Part shown: piece by piece, positions 46,266-55,214 of the stretch
Numbering within the stretch: position 1 is the first letter of the stretch
Layout: the number at the start of each line of letters is the position of its first letter
From: Bacteroidota bacterium
GTDB lineage: Bacteria > Bacteroidota > Ignavibacteria > Palsa-1295
Assembly (NCBI GenBank): GCA_021324735.1
Contig: JAJPIO010000006.1
Coordinates: 15,667-79,666 of the forward strand
DNA length: 64,000 bases
Direction of reading: 5' to 3'
Program-made: the position numbers and the translations under genes
The notes under the pieces: model-generated
Seen by the model: the letters and a program-made list of their open reading frames with translations, nothing else
Told to the model about the DNA's origin: nothing
The model's database searches: none

Positions 46266-46297
46266 AGCCGGGGTCTAGGGACAACCTCCGGCTTTTT
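46266..46297 (+). terminator. intrinsic terminator 1 in the intergenic leader upstream of cbs
   Basis: AGCCGG-ggtctagggacaacct-CCGGCT followed by TTTTT. Confidence 0.5.
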
Positions 46298-46321
46298 GAA
46301 GACACAACACAACTCAATCAG

Positions 46322-46355
46322 ACCTCGGGTAACTCTCACCACCCGGGGTTTTTTA
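46322..46355 (+). terminator. intrinsic terminator 2 in the intergenic leader upstream of cbs
   Basis: CCTCGGG-taactctcacca-CCCGGGG is a 7-bp stem with one G-U pair, followed by TTTTTTATT. Confidence 0.5.
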
Positions 46356-46485
46356 TTCCACTCGCTCCCTATCGCCCTTGACAGTCTCTCAGCGAAGTTA
46401 TCGTACCGGAAGAATCAAATATTGAATAATCATGACGAGAATAGTGTTTTGATATTCGTATTACCTGTTACTCCAAACTCACCGC

Positions 46486-47847
46486 ATGAAGTACGCGAAT
46501 TCGATCCTCGATTTTATTGGAAATACCCCGCTTCTAAAACTTAATAAAGTCATTCCGAAAGGTCTTAAAAGCACGGTCCTCGTAAAGCTTGAAGAATTTA
46601 ATCCTGGTGGCTCCGTAAAAGACCGTATCGGTATTCGAATGATCGAGGATGCCGAACGCTCCGGTCGCCTCAAGCCCGGCGGTACTATCGTTGAGCCGAC
46701 GAGTGGCAACACCGGTATTGGACTCATGCTGGCCGCCACACAGAAGGGTTACAAGTGTGTATTTGTAATGACCGATAAAGCCTCTATCGAGCGTGTACGT
46801 TACTTAAAGGCAATGGGCGCTGAGATCGTTGTAGTATCGAGCGCAGCGAAATCCACTTCGCCGGAATACTATTACAACACCGCCGTTCGCCTTTCGCAGG
46901 AAATTCCAGGCGCTATCATGCTCAACCAGTATGATAATCCGATAAACCCCGAAACACATTATACGACGACGGGCCCGGAGATCTGGCGCGATACCGAAGG
47001 AAAGCTTACACATTTTATCGCCGGTATGGGCACGGGTGGTACGATCAGCGGTAATGCACGCTACTTAAAAGAAAAGAATAAAAATATTAAAGTTATCGGT
47101 GCGGACCCTGCCGGCTCTTCTATTAAAACCTTCTTCGAGACAGGCCGGCTCGTAGAAGCGCTTCCTTATATGGTCGAAGGTGTCGGACAAGAGCGTATTC
47201 CGGTCAACCTTCATCTTAAGTATGTCGATGAGGTGATAAACGTTGCTGATAAGGATTCCTTCCTCATGGCGCGCCGCTTGGCGCGCGAAGAAGGTATTCT
47301 TTGCGGCGGCTCCTCCGGTATGAATGTATGGGCAGCGATCAAGGTGGCTGAGAAAGCACCCGAAGGCAGCATCATTGTAACGATCATTTGCGACACCGGA
47401 GAGCGCTATCTTACCAAGCACCATTCGGATGAATGGCTGAAAGAGAAGCGACTGCTCGAAACAGAGAGATTGTCCATCGGCGTAATGGCCGGACTTAAGA
47501 AAAGCCGAATCCAAAAGCTTCTCAGCATTGCACCGCATGACACCGTTCGTGAAGCGATCCGTATCATGGATGAGTCGGGTATTTCGCAATTACCAGTCCT
47601 CGACTCGGAAGGTAAGTCTGTGGGCTCGGTACGGGAATCGAAACTGATGTCTAAGGCGCTGGAGGATCGTGACATTCTTGAACGGCCGATCATCGACGTT
47701 ATGGACCCCTCATTCCCAGTCATTGATGAAAGCAAGGACACGAAGACCGCCGTTTCGCTTCTCCGGGATTCTCCTGCGATCCTTGTCGAAGAATTCGGCA
47801 AAGTCACGGCAATCGTAACGCGGCATGATGTGCTGGAATATATCTGA
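46486..47847 (+). CDS. cbs: cystathionine beta-synthase (PLP CysK-fold + tandem CBS domains)
   Basis: The N-terminus has GNTPL and the PLP lysine context ([11 protein letters not shown]); GTGGT is also present. The C-terminal ~120 aa form a CBS pair ([11 protein letters not shown]...LPVLD ... [14 protein letters not shown]). Confidence 0.85.
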   Translation: MKYANSILDFIGNTPLLKLNKVIPKGLKSTVLVKLEEFNPGGSVKDRIGIRMIEDAERSGRLKPGGTIVEPTSGNTGIGLMLAATQKGYKCVFVMTDKASIERVRYLKAMGAEIVVVSSAAKSTSPEYYYNTAVRLSQEIPGAIMLNQYDNPINPETHYTTTGPEIWRDTEGKLTHFIAGMGTGGTISGNARYLKEKNKNIKVIGADPAGSSIKTFFETGRLVEALPYMVEGVGQERIPVNLHLKYVDEVINVADKDSFLMARRLAREEGILCGGSSGMNVWAAIKVAEKAPEGSIIVTIICDTGERYLTKHHSDEWLKEKRLLETERLSIGVMAGLKKSRIQKLLSIAPHDTVREAIRIMDESGISQLPVLDSEGKSVGSVRESKLMSKALEDRDILERPIIDVMDPSFPVIDESKDTKTAVSLLRDSPAILVEEFGKVTAIVTRHDVLEYI

Positions 47848-47940
47848 CCTTGATCTTCGGGTTAGTATGCAGTCAACACTATTAAAGTTTTCTTAGCTTC
47901 TGATCTCGTCGATCCGATTTAATTACATTCACCACGTTAA

Positions 47941-49083
47941 ATGCCAGGCTTTAACACCACAGCAATTCACGCCGGACAAGAACCCGAAAAATTAACCGGC
48001 GCCGTTACCGTACCGATCTATCAATCCACTACCTACGCACAGCAGGAGTTGGGCGAGCATGTGAAGTACGATTACGGCCGTACGATCAACCCGACGCGTG
48101 AGGCCTGGGAAACGAGCCTTGCCGCTCTGGAAAATGGTATTGCCGGATTCGCCTTCTCTTCCGGTATGTCGGCGATCGCGGCGGCAATGTCCATTATTGG
48201 CCCCGGCGATCATGTGATCGCCGGCAATGATATGTATGGTGGCACTTATCGTTATTTCTCGAAAATACTCGAGCCGCTGGGCGTAAAGTTCAGTTATGTG
48301 GACATGCGCAATCCCGCCAACGTACAGAACGCTATCAAGGACAATACTCGCCTCATTTATTGCGAAACACCGACCAACCCGATGATGAATCTTACGGATC
48401 TTGGCGCAATTGCTAAGATAGCACGAGAAGAAGGATTGATCACGGTCGTCGATAATACGTTCATGTCACCGTACCTGCAGAACCCGCTCGATTTCGGTAT
48501 CGAGATCGTAGTGCATTCTGCAACTAAATATCTCGGTGGACATTCCGATGTTATCGGTGGTGCCTTGGTTACTTCGAAGCAGGAACATGCTGAGAAGATC
48601 AAATTTTATCAAAATTCCTATGGCGCTGTCCCTTCCCCGTTCGATTGCTGGCTGCTTCTACGAAGCGTAAAGACGCTCGGTCTTCGCATGCGTGCACACT
48701 CCGATAATGCACAAGTGATCGCAGAACGATTACATAGCGATCCGAGAGTAGCAAAAGTGTTCTATCCTGGACTCGCATCGCATCCGCAGCATGAACTTGC
48801 CAAGTCGCAAATGAAAGCATTCGGTGGCATGATCTCGCTGGAAACGGGCAGTATCGATAACGCGAAGAAGTTCACAAAAACACTTCGGTATTTTACCCTG
48901 GGAGAAAGCTTAGGAGGAGTGGAATCCCTCGTGTGTCATCCGGTAACCATGACACATGGCTCTGTACCAGAAGAACGGCGCAAAGAACTCGGCATCACTC
49001 CAGGGTTGGTCCGATTAAGTGTTGGTGTAGAAGATGTCGAAGACTTGCTCGAAGATATCGAGCGGGGCTTAGAGGCCTTATGA
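47941..49083 (+). CDS. cystathionine gamma-lyase / methionine gamma-lyase family PLP enzyme
   Basis: Cys/Met-metabolism PLP signature HSATKYLGGHSDVIGG with the PLP Lys, 380 aa. Adjacent to cbs, so it forms a reverse-transsulfuration pair. Confidence 0.85.
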   Translation: MPGFNTTAIHAGQEPEKLTGAVTVPIYQSTTYAQQELGEHVKYDYGRTINPTREAWETSLAALENGIAGFAFSSGMSAIAAAMSIIGPGDHVIAGNDMYGGTYRYFSKILEPLGVKFSYVDMRNPANVQNAIKDNTRLIYCETPTNPMMNLTDLGAIAKIAREEGLITVVDNTFMSPYLQNPLDFGIEIVVHSATKYLGGHSDVIGGALVTSKQEHAEKIKFYQNSYGAVPSPFDCWLLLRSVKTLGLRMRAHSDNAQVIAERLHSDPRVAKVFYPGLASHPQHELAKSQMKAFGGMISLETGSIDNAKKFTKTLRYFTLGESLGGVESLVCHPVTMTHGSVPEERRKELGITPGLVRLSVGVEDVEDLLEDIERGLEAL

Positions 49084-49397
49084 GCAAGACAGCATTATTC
49101 TTACTTCTTGCAGTTGCTACGATCGGTTGCAAGAATAATTCTGCAATGCAATCGGAAGATGCAAAGTATGTGAACACTGCGGTCGATCTTATTCGCACGC
49201 GTGCGACTATTTCTGCGTCAAAGGATACATTGCGAATGGATTCTACACATGTTCTTTCGGCGCTCGATTCTGTTTATAAACGCCATGCGACAACCCGGCA
49301 GCAGTTTATCGATTGGACACTTCGGTTGTCCGAAGACCCAAAGAAGGCAAATGCCTTTTTCGATGCTGTAAACGATTCAATTAAGAAGACACCTTAA
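49080..49397 (+). CDS. small lipoprotein, translationally coupled to the upstream gene (ATGA overlap)
   Basis: The internal ATG at 49080 overlaps the TGA stop of the upstream gene. MSKTALFLLLAVATIGCKNN carries a lipobox. 105 aa. Confidence 0.6.
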   Translation: MSKTALFLLLAVATIGCKNNSAMQSEDAKYVNTAVDLIRTRATISASKDTLRMDSTHVLSALDSVYKRHATTRQQFIDWTLRLSEDPKKANAFFDAVNDSIKKTP

Positions 49398-51190
49398 GCA
49401 GATACTTCCCGCGCCGAGCAAACATCGCAAATACCACAGCGAGCGGTCAGTGGGTGCTCTCCGAAATAGCGAAGGATCATATTACGCCGACATTCCCAGG
49501 CGGTTGCATAACTTACCATTGCGTCCAGCCGGGCCATGTTGGCCTCATATCGTGCCTGTAACGCCGCCCCGCCAACGTCGAGATATTTTATCGGCATCCG
49601 CTCGGCGACCAAAGAAAGCTGAAACACCTCAGTACCTGCTCGTGCCCGTAAGGCCGGCGAAAAACGGACGAGTCCAAGCCCTTCAATTGTGCGGATCGCG
49701 ATCTTGAATTCTTCGGCATCCAAATTATGCCGTTCGATCAAGGCCTCTTCATCGACAAAGACATCCCGCTCGAAGGCTTCCGAGTCTACCGTCCTAAGTA
49801 GCGCAGAGATCGTTTGCTTTACGCTTCGACTGGCCGATTTATATGAGACTTCGTCCAATCGTGCACGAGTAGCTATAAATCGAATTCGAGAACGACCATC
49901 ATTCGAAAGCCCGCGATGCCGTTTGACATGGCCGGCACTTACGAGCGCTTCTATGATCTGTTCGAGCCCCGCGCGTGGTCGTACGATCCGAGTAAGCACT
50001 TGATCGCTTGGCACAGTAAGAACACCTTGAAAGACCGAACCTACCGCTGTTCCCGCGATCTCATGCAGCGCCGTGTAGACCGATTTCACTTCTTCTTCGG
50101 TCGGCGAATTAGACCGGATTAGTGACTCCTGAAGCGTTCGGTCTCCTTCATTGTATATGAGTACGGCATTTGCCCGCTCACCATCACGCCCGGCGCGGCC
50201 TGCCTCCTGATAATAAGCTTCGAGCGAACCGGGAATATCATAGTGAATAACGGCCCTGACATCGGGCTTATCCACACCCATACCGAAAGCGCTGGTAGCG
50301 ATCATCACTTTCGTGCGACCCGATTGAAATCGCTCCTGGACCTGACGCCGTAACGGCAGCGGTGCACCGGCATGATAAGCTTCAGCTAAACAGCCGTCCT
50401 TCTTTAACCATGACGCTATGCGATCGACCGATTTGCGAGTAGCGGCATAAACGATCACAGAGCTATCGGGCAGTGAGCGAATAATATCCTTTACCCGTGC
50501 ATCCTTATCCGATTCGCGAATAACACCATAACCAAGATTAGGTCGTTCAAAACCGGTAATAACTTCCGCGTGATTTTGGAGTCCTAAAAGCTGGACGATA
50601 TCTTCCCGAACATCGGGAGTAGCTGTTGCAGTGAGCGCAACTATAGGTGGACGCTTACCATTAGCGAAGTGACTATAGACTTCCGGGATCCGACGATACG
50701 AAGTACGGAAGTCGTGCCCCCATTGGCTTATGCAATGTGCCTCGTCGATCGCTAACAGTGAGATCGGCAAATACGCAAGCTCCTCTTTGAATGGATGGGA
50801 TTCCAACCGTTCTGGTGCAGCAAAAAGTACCTTAATGCGACCATCCTGAGCGCTTCTTACCAGCGCGCGATTTTCTGCATAACTCAAAGTGCTATTGAGC
50901 GCGACAGCGGATATTCCTAATTTTCGCAGCCGATCAACCTGATCTTTCATAAGCGCGATCAGCGGCGAAATAACGAGAGTAATACCGGGCAACAGTGTGG
51001 CGGGCAACTGATAACAGAGCGATTTTCCGCCTCCGGTCGGCATAATAACCAAGGTATCACGACCTACTAAGACACTTTCAATAGCTTCACGTTGATGTGG
51101 ACGAAAACCAGGCAGATGGAAGCATTCTTTAAGGGTGCGATCTAATGGATCGCCGTTGCTAAAAAGATCACTTTCGGACAACATGTCCAA
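49394..51190 (-). CDS. recQ: ATP-dependent DNA helicase RecQ
   Basis: Motif I, PTGGGKSLCYQLP. Motif II, DEAHCISQWGHDFR. A zinc-binding CGICDVC lies in the RQC region. 598 aa. Confidence 0.9.
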   Translation of the reverse strand: MDMLSESDLFSNGDPLDRTLKECFHLPGFRPHQREAIESVLVGRDTLVIMPTGGGKSLCYQLPATLLPGITLVISPLIALMKDQVDRLRKLGISAVALNSTLSYAENRALVRSAQDGRIKVLFAAPERLESHPFKEELAYLPISLLAIDEAHCISQWGHDFRTSYRRIPEVYSHFANGKRPPIVALTATATPDVREDIVQLLGLQNHAEVITGFERPNLGYGVIRESDKDARVKDIIRSLPDSSVIVYAATRKSVDRIASWLKKDGCLAEAYHAGAPLPLRRQVQERFQSGRTKVMIATSAFGMGVDKPDVRAVIHYDIPGSLEAYYQEAGRAGRDGERANAVLIYNEGDRTLQESLIRSNSPTEEEVKSVYTALHEIAGTAVGSVFQGVLTVPSDQVLTRIVRPRAGLEQIIEALVSAGHVKRHRGLSNDGRSRIRFIATRARLDEVSYKSASRSVKQTISALLRTVDSEAFERDVFVDEEALIERHNLDAEEFKIAIRTIEGLGLVRFSPALRARAGTEVFQLSLVAERMPIKYLDVGGAALQARYEANMARLDAMVSYATAWECRRNMILRYFGEHPLTARCGICDVCSAREVSA

Positions 51191-52217
51191 TCCTTACCGG
51201 TTTTTCTCCGATATTCTTTAATGCATCCTCGACAGCCTCGGAAGTGGAAGAAGGCACTAATAAAATCAGTCCGATACCAAGGTTGAACGTACGGCGCATA
51301 TCTTCTTCCGGTACCATACCAGCTTCTTGTATCAAGCTGAAAATTGCCGGGCGTTTCCAGGCATTCCAATTAATATCCAGTTCAAGTTCGTCGGAAAGTA
51401 CGCGTGAGGTATTCCCCACAATCCCGCCGCCGGTAATATGACTAAGCGCGTGAATATCTTTTCCAGGTTCGAAACGCTCCAGGAGCTTTGAAATAGGATC
51501 TAAGTAAGAACGATGCACTTTGAGCAACGCATCGGCAACCGTTCCGCCGTTCAGTACGGCCGGTTTCGAGTCGAGAGGATAACGCTCCAGCAATGCTCGG
51601 CGTGCAAGGCTATATCCGTTTGTATGAAGACCCGTGCTTGGAAGACCAATTAGGACATCTCCTGCCACCACGTTCTCCCGACGGAACATACGGTCACGAT
51701 CGACGACACCGACGATGGTGCCAGCCAGATCGTAATCATCTTCCGCATACATGCCCGGCATTTCCGCCGTCTCGCCACCGATAAGTGCACAACCATTTTC
51801 CTGGCTTGCTTTGACAAAGCCTGAGATGACTGACTCTCCTACTTCCACATGCAGTTTACCGCACGCAAAGTAATCTAAAAAGAACAGAGGCCGCGCACCG
51901 CAAACAAGAATGTCATTCACGCAGTGGTTAACGAGGTCCTGCCCTACCGTGTCATGTTTGTTGGCTTCGATCGCCACTTTGATCTTCGTACCGACGCCAT
52001 CCGTGCTTGAAACAAGTACCGGAAATTTCATGTCCGGAAAACGGGCATCGAACAGTCCGCCAAAACCACCAATATCAGTTAGAACTCGCTCGCTAAAAGT
52101 TTTGCGAACGAGTGGCTTTATCCGTCGGACCAGTTCTTCTCCAGCGTCGATACTGACACCGGCAGCTTCATATGTTAATCCGTACGCTTCCTGGGGGCGA
52201 ACTTCTTCTACTTTCAT
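51168..52217 (-). CDS. purM: phosphoribosylformylglycinamidine cyclo-ligase (AIR synthetase)
   Basis: DGVGTKIKVA and GLPSTGLHTNGYSLAR motifs, 349 aa. Overlaps recQ by 23 nt. Confidence 0.9.
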   Translation of the reverse strand: MKVEEVRPQEAYGLTYEAAGVSIDAGEELVRRIKPLVRKTFSERVLTDIGGFGGLFDARFPDMKFPVLVSSTDGVGTKIKVAIEANKHDTVGQDLVNHCVNDILVCGARPLFFLDYFACGKLHVEVGESVISGFVKASQENGCALIGGETAEMPGMYAEDDYDLAGTIVGVVDRDRMFRRENVVAGDVLIGLPSTGLHTNGYSLARRALLERYPLDSKPAVLNGGTVADALLKVHRSYLDPISKLLERFEPGKDIHALSHITGGGIVGNTSRVLSDELELDINWNAWKRPAIFSLIQEAGMVPEEDMRRTFNLGIGLILLVPSSTSEAVEDALKNIGEKPVRIGHVVRK

Positions 52218-52224
52218 TCAGGGA

Positions 52225-52731
52225 TTATTGTGCGAGCGCCGTATAAATAACGGTCATACCGCAGGTCAATGTGGTTGGATTCTTAGGAGCGCTCAAAAAA
52301 TTACATTGCAAACTGGCAGTAAACGAAGTATCTTTCATAAACTGCGTCACATCCTTCTTAGTAAGGATAAAATTGAGATCGGTCGAACCTTGCGGCAACG
52401 TATCGATCGCTACCGTATCAGTACCGATGAGTAACCGAGCGTATGCGAGATTATCAAGGGTATACGATGGATCGTTCGACTGAAGATAGACGCGCCACAC
52501 CTCTGATGTCCGCAGCAAATAGGCCGATGTTTGGTTTTTCGTATAATCGTTTATCGTATCGATCTTTCCCGTGGTTACAAGCATCGTATCCTTGTTCAGA
52601 CTAACGGAGTTCGAAAGACCAAAGGTAACCGTTCGCATGACGTTAAAGCTCAGGTATGAGTCGATCGGCGGATAATTGGAGCATCCGGCGAAAGCTGCGA
52701 GTATTAGAAGTATCGGCGCGTAACGGATCAT
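52225..52731 (-). CDS. hypothetical lipoprotein
   Basis: MIRYAPILLILAAFAGCS lipobox, 168 aa. Its start codon overlaps the track start of the divergent ORF (CATG). Confidence 0.6.
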   Translation of the reverse strand: MIRYAPILLILAAFAGCSNYPPIDSYLSFNVMRTVTFGLSNSVSLNKDTMLVTTGKIDTINDYTKNQTSAYLLRTSEVWRVYLQSNDPSYTLDNLAYARLLIGTDTVAIDTLPQGSTDLNFILTKKDVTQFMKDTSFTASLQCNFLSAPKNPTTLTCGMTVIYTALAQ

Positions 52732-52831
52732 GCGGTTTTGTTCTGGCCTGAACGGTGAGCTAACAAATGGCGGTTCCGTGCTGTTGCCAAAGAATTCGGT
52801 AATTATCCCGGCCTTAGCAACTTCAATAACT

Positions 52832-54013
52832 GTGACATCTTACCCTCACCTTCGAATCCGTAATAAGGAAGAGCGCCGCCTTATGGGTGGACACCTTTGG
52901 GCCTTTAGCAATGAACTGGTTGATATTCCCAAGGATCTGCCCGCTGGAACAATAGTGACGCTGGTCCGTGAGCGGGACGATTCCCCTATCGGACATGGCT
53001 TCTTCCACCCTCACTCACTGATTGCCTTCCGATCACTAACTCAAAATATAAACGAGGTGGTCGATGAAGCTTTTTTTGAGAGAAGAATCCGTGCCTCAGC
53101 CTCCCGCCGAGAGTTGTTGCTTAAACGGCGAAATGCAGTTCGTCTGATCCATGGTGAAAGCGATCTCTTGCCAGGTCTGATCGTAGACAAATTTGGAGAT
53201 ATTATTTCCTACCAGATCGTCTCGGCAGGCTTTGAGGTCCGAAAAGATATTATGATCGATATCCTGAAGCGGACGTTCGAGCCAACGGCGATCGTTGAAA
53301 AGAACAACTCACATTTACGCAAACGCGAAGAGCTGCCATTAGGCGAATCCATAATATACGGTTCTGATACAAGAACCGAGATCCACGATGCAGCAGGGAC
53401 TCGGTATAGTGTGGATGTTCTCAGTGGCCAGAAGACCGGCTTTTTCCTGGACCAAATGGATAACCGCACTCGGTTACGGGATTTTGTCCCATTTGGCGCG
53501 CGCGTTCTCGATCTATTCGCCAACGATGGCGGGTTTGGATTGAATGCCGCCCTTGCTGGCGCTACCTCCGTTATTGCGGTTGACGAGTCACGATCGGCCC
53601 TCGAACGGATTCACAAAAACGCCGAACTCAATGGCATTGCAGATCAAATCTCGACGGTAGAAGCGGATTGTTTTCAGTACCTTCGAGAAGCGAAGGATGA
53701 AATGGATGTCATCATTGTCGATCCGCCGGCATTAGCGAAATCTAAAAAAGATATTCCCCAAGCGCGAAAAGGCTATTTGACACTCAATACCAATGCGATG
53801 AGACTCGTTAAGTCCGGCGGCATTCTCATAACTTGTTCGTGTTCACATCACTTGAGCTATGAAAACCTGCTGGAAGTTGTGCAGGAAGCGGCACGACGAT
53901 CGCAACGGACAGTTACGCTGCTTGAGCGCCGTGGCGCGGGAATTGATCATCCTATTCTTACGGCAATGCCAGAAACTGAGTACTTAAAAGTGCTTATTCT
54001 GGGCGTCTTATAA
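52832..54013 (+). CDS. rlmI: 23S rRNA (cytosine1962-C5)-methyltransferase RlmI (PUA + class I SAM MTase)
   Basis: NKEERRLMGGHLWAFSNEL aligns with the RlmI N-terminus GREKSLLRRHPWVFS. AVRLIHGESDLLPGLIVDKFGD and the MTase motif VLDLFANDGGFG are present. I chose the GTG at 52832. The ATG at 52883 would truncate the conserved N-terminus. The track ATG at 52730 overlaps the divergent gene start. Confidence 0.75.
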   Translation: MTSYPHLRIRNKEERRLMGGHLWAFSNELVDIPKDLPAGTIVTLVRERDDSPIGHGFFHPHSLIAFRSLTQNINEVVDEAFFERRIRASASRRELLLKRRNAVRLIHGESDLLPGLIVDKFGDIISYQIVSAGFEVRKDIMIDILKRTFEPTAIVEKNNSHLRKREELPLGESIIYGSDTRTEIHDAAGTRYSVDVLSGQKTGFFLDQMDNRTRLRDFVPFGARVLDLFANDGGFGLNAALAGATSVIAVDESRSALERIHKNAELNGIADQISTVEADCFQYLREAKDEMDVIIVDPPALAKSKKDIPQARKGYLTLNTNAMRLVKSGGILITCSCSHHLSYENLLEVVQEAARRSQRTVTLLERRGAGIDHPILTAMPETEYLKVLILGVL

Positions 54014-54203
54014 GGGCTTTAGGCGAGCGTCTGTAAGCGCATCGCAGCTCACGTTGACAGCTTAAAATAACTTAATGGGTACCTACGTGTGCTCTACGAA
54101 CTGTTGTCCATAGGTCACGGTTGCCTTTAAGGGAGCTGTTACGTTTGCCACGATAGAGTGTTTAGATAATAAAGGGTTCAGGATAGGTTTAGTTGGAGGA
54201 TTT

Positions 54204-54920
54204 ATGCGGTCGCCAGGTCATGCGAGAGCGTTTAACATGATAAAAATTGCCATCTTCACGCTGGTCTTTGGAGGGTTTGCGATATCATCGCAAGCTCAGT
54301 CGCCGATCGGCTCGACGAAACCGAGCACTAGTTCGGATACCGCGATGGTATTTCAGCCTGCGCAGCCGCTTATTAAGAGCCCACAAGAACTCGCGCGGGA
54401 ATTCCCGAATACCTGGGGGTTTGATGCCTCCTTTAGCGACTATGGATTCGGCGGCGGCGTATTCATCGGACATAATTTTTCGTCCGATGTCAGTGGAATG
54501 ATCTCCGCTGATATCGGTACTGCGAAAGGCTCGCGCGAATTCGACCTGATCGATGTCAATAAGATCAATCGAATCTTCGTGATACCGATCATGGCAAGCG
54601 TACAATACCGTCTTTTCCGGGAAGGTCTCAGCGATAATTTACGTCCGTATGTTACTGCAGGCGCAGGTCCGGTGGTAGCAATGACGACTCCCTACAACGA
54701 AGACTTTTTCGCAGCCTTTGCCGATGCTAAATCGAAGATCGTCCCTGGTGGATTTGTCGGCCTGGGTGCGAAATTCGGTCTCGATCCGAAGAGCAGTTTT
54801 GGTGCAAGCCTTCGGTACTTCATCATTCCCTATCCTGGCAGCCTCCAGAGTACCACGACAGAATCGCTCACGAACTTGAGTGGCCTCTTCCTGACCGTCA
54901 GTTACGGTTTTAATTTCTAA
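54204..54920 (+). CDS. outer-membrane beta-barrel protein (OmpW/porin-like)
   Basis: GGAGGA RBS 3-4 nt upstream of the ATG at 54204. Signal peptide ...MIKIAIFTLVFGGFAISSQAQ. Alternating amphipathic strands and a C-terminal SYGFNF with terminal Phe. Confidence 0.7.
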   Translation: MRSPGHARAFNMIKIAIFTLVFGGFAISSQAQSPIGSTKPSTSSDTAMVFQPAQPLIKSPQELAREFPNTWGFDASFSDYGFGGGVFIGHNFSSDVSGMISADIGTAKGSREFDLIDVNKINRIFVIPIMASVQYRLFREGLSDNLRPYVTAGAGPVVAMTTPYNEDFFAAFADAKSKIVPGGFVGLGAKFGLDPKSSFGASLRYFIIPYPGSLQSTTTESLTNLSGLFLTVSYGFNF

Positions 54921-54940
54921 GCAGAATTTACAAGCGCGAG

Positions 54941-55093
54941 TTAATGGTGGTACTTAAAGTACTGTATCTCGCGCTCATGTTTTTCGGCCGCTTCTTTCGT
55001 TTTGAACGTCCCTAAGTTTCGCCGCTTTCCTGTTTTAGGGTCCTTCTTGCGTGAATAAATCCGATATTCGCCGGAGCGTAATTTCCTGATCAT
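54941..55093 (-). CDS. conserved-looking small basic protein (50 aa) missed by the >=60-aa ORF track
   Basis: Hand translation of the minus strand gives MIRKLRSGEYRIYSRKKDPKTGKRRNLGTFKTKEAAEKHEREIQYFKYHH. It resembles a small protein family I recall (GEYRLYSRK...GKRRNLGTF...AEKHER..QYFK). The coding region contains a palindrome, GCGCGAG...CTCGCGC. Confidence 0.45.
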   Translation of the reverse strand: MIRKLRSGEYRIYSRKKDPKTGKRRNLGTFKTKEAAEKHEREIQYFKYHH

Positions 55094-55214
55094 GGTGAGA
55101 ATTGTTTGAATGTTGTGTTTTTACAACTAAAATGCCAGATCTTTTCATTTGCCTTCTCTGGAATTTTGGCCTTGTTATTTGGTTTTAGTCACAATCTAAC
55201 GAGTTGTTTTCCTG

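Noticed and set aside
46040-46300. SAM-I riboswitch upstream of cbs
   Set aside because: The region is AT-rich, and the conserved GAGGGA/UGGCCC and GGUGCYAA elements were not found. Only the generic leader-with-terminators observation is kept.
52730-52831. ATG at 52730 as the RlmI start (track ORF)
   Set aside because: It would overlap the divergent lipoprotein start codon (CATG) and adds 35 aa with no similarity to RlmI N-termini. A GTG at 52832 fits the conserved GREKSLLRRHPW region better.
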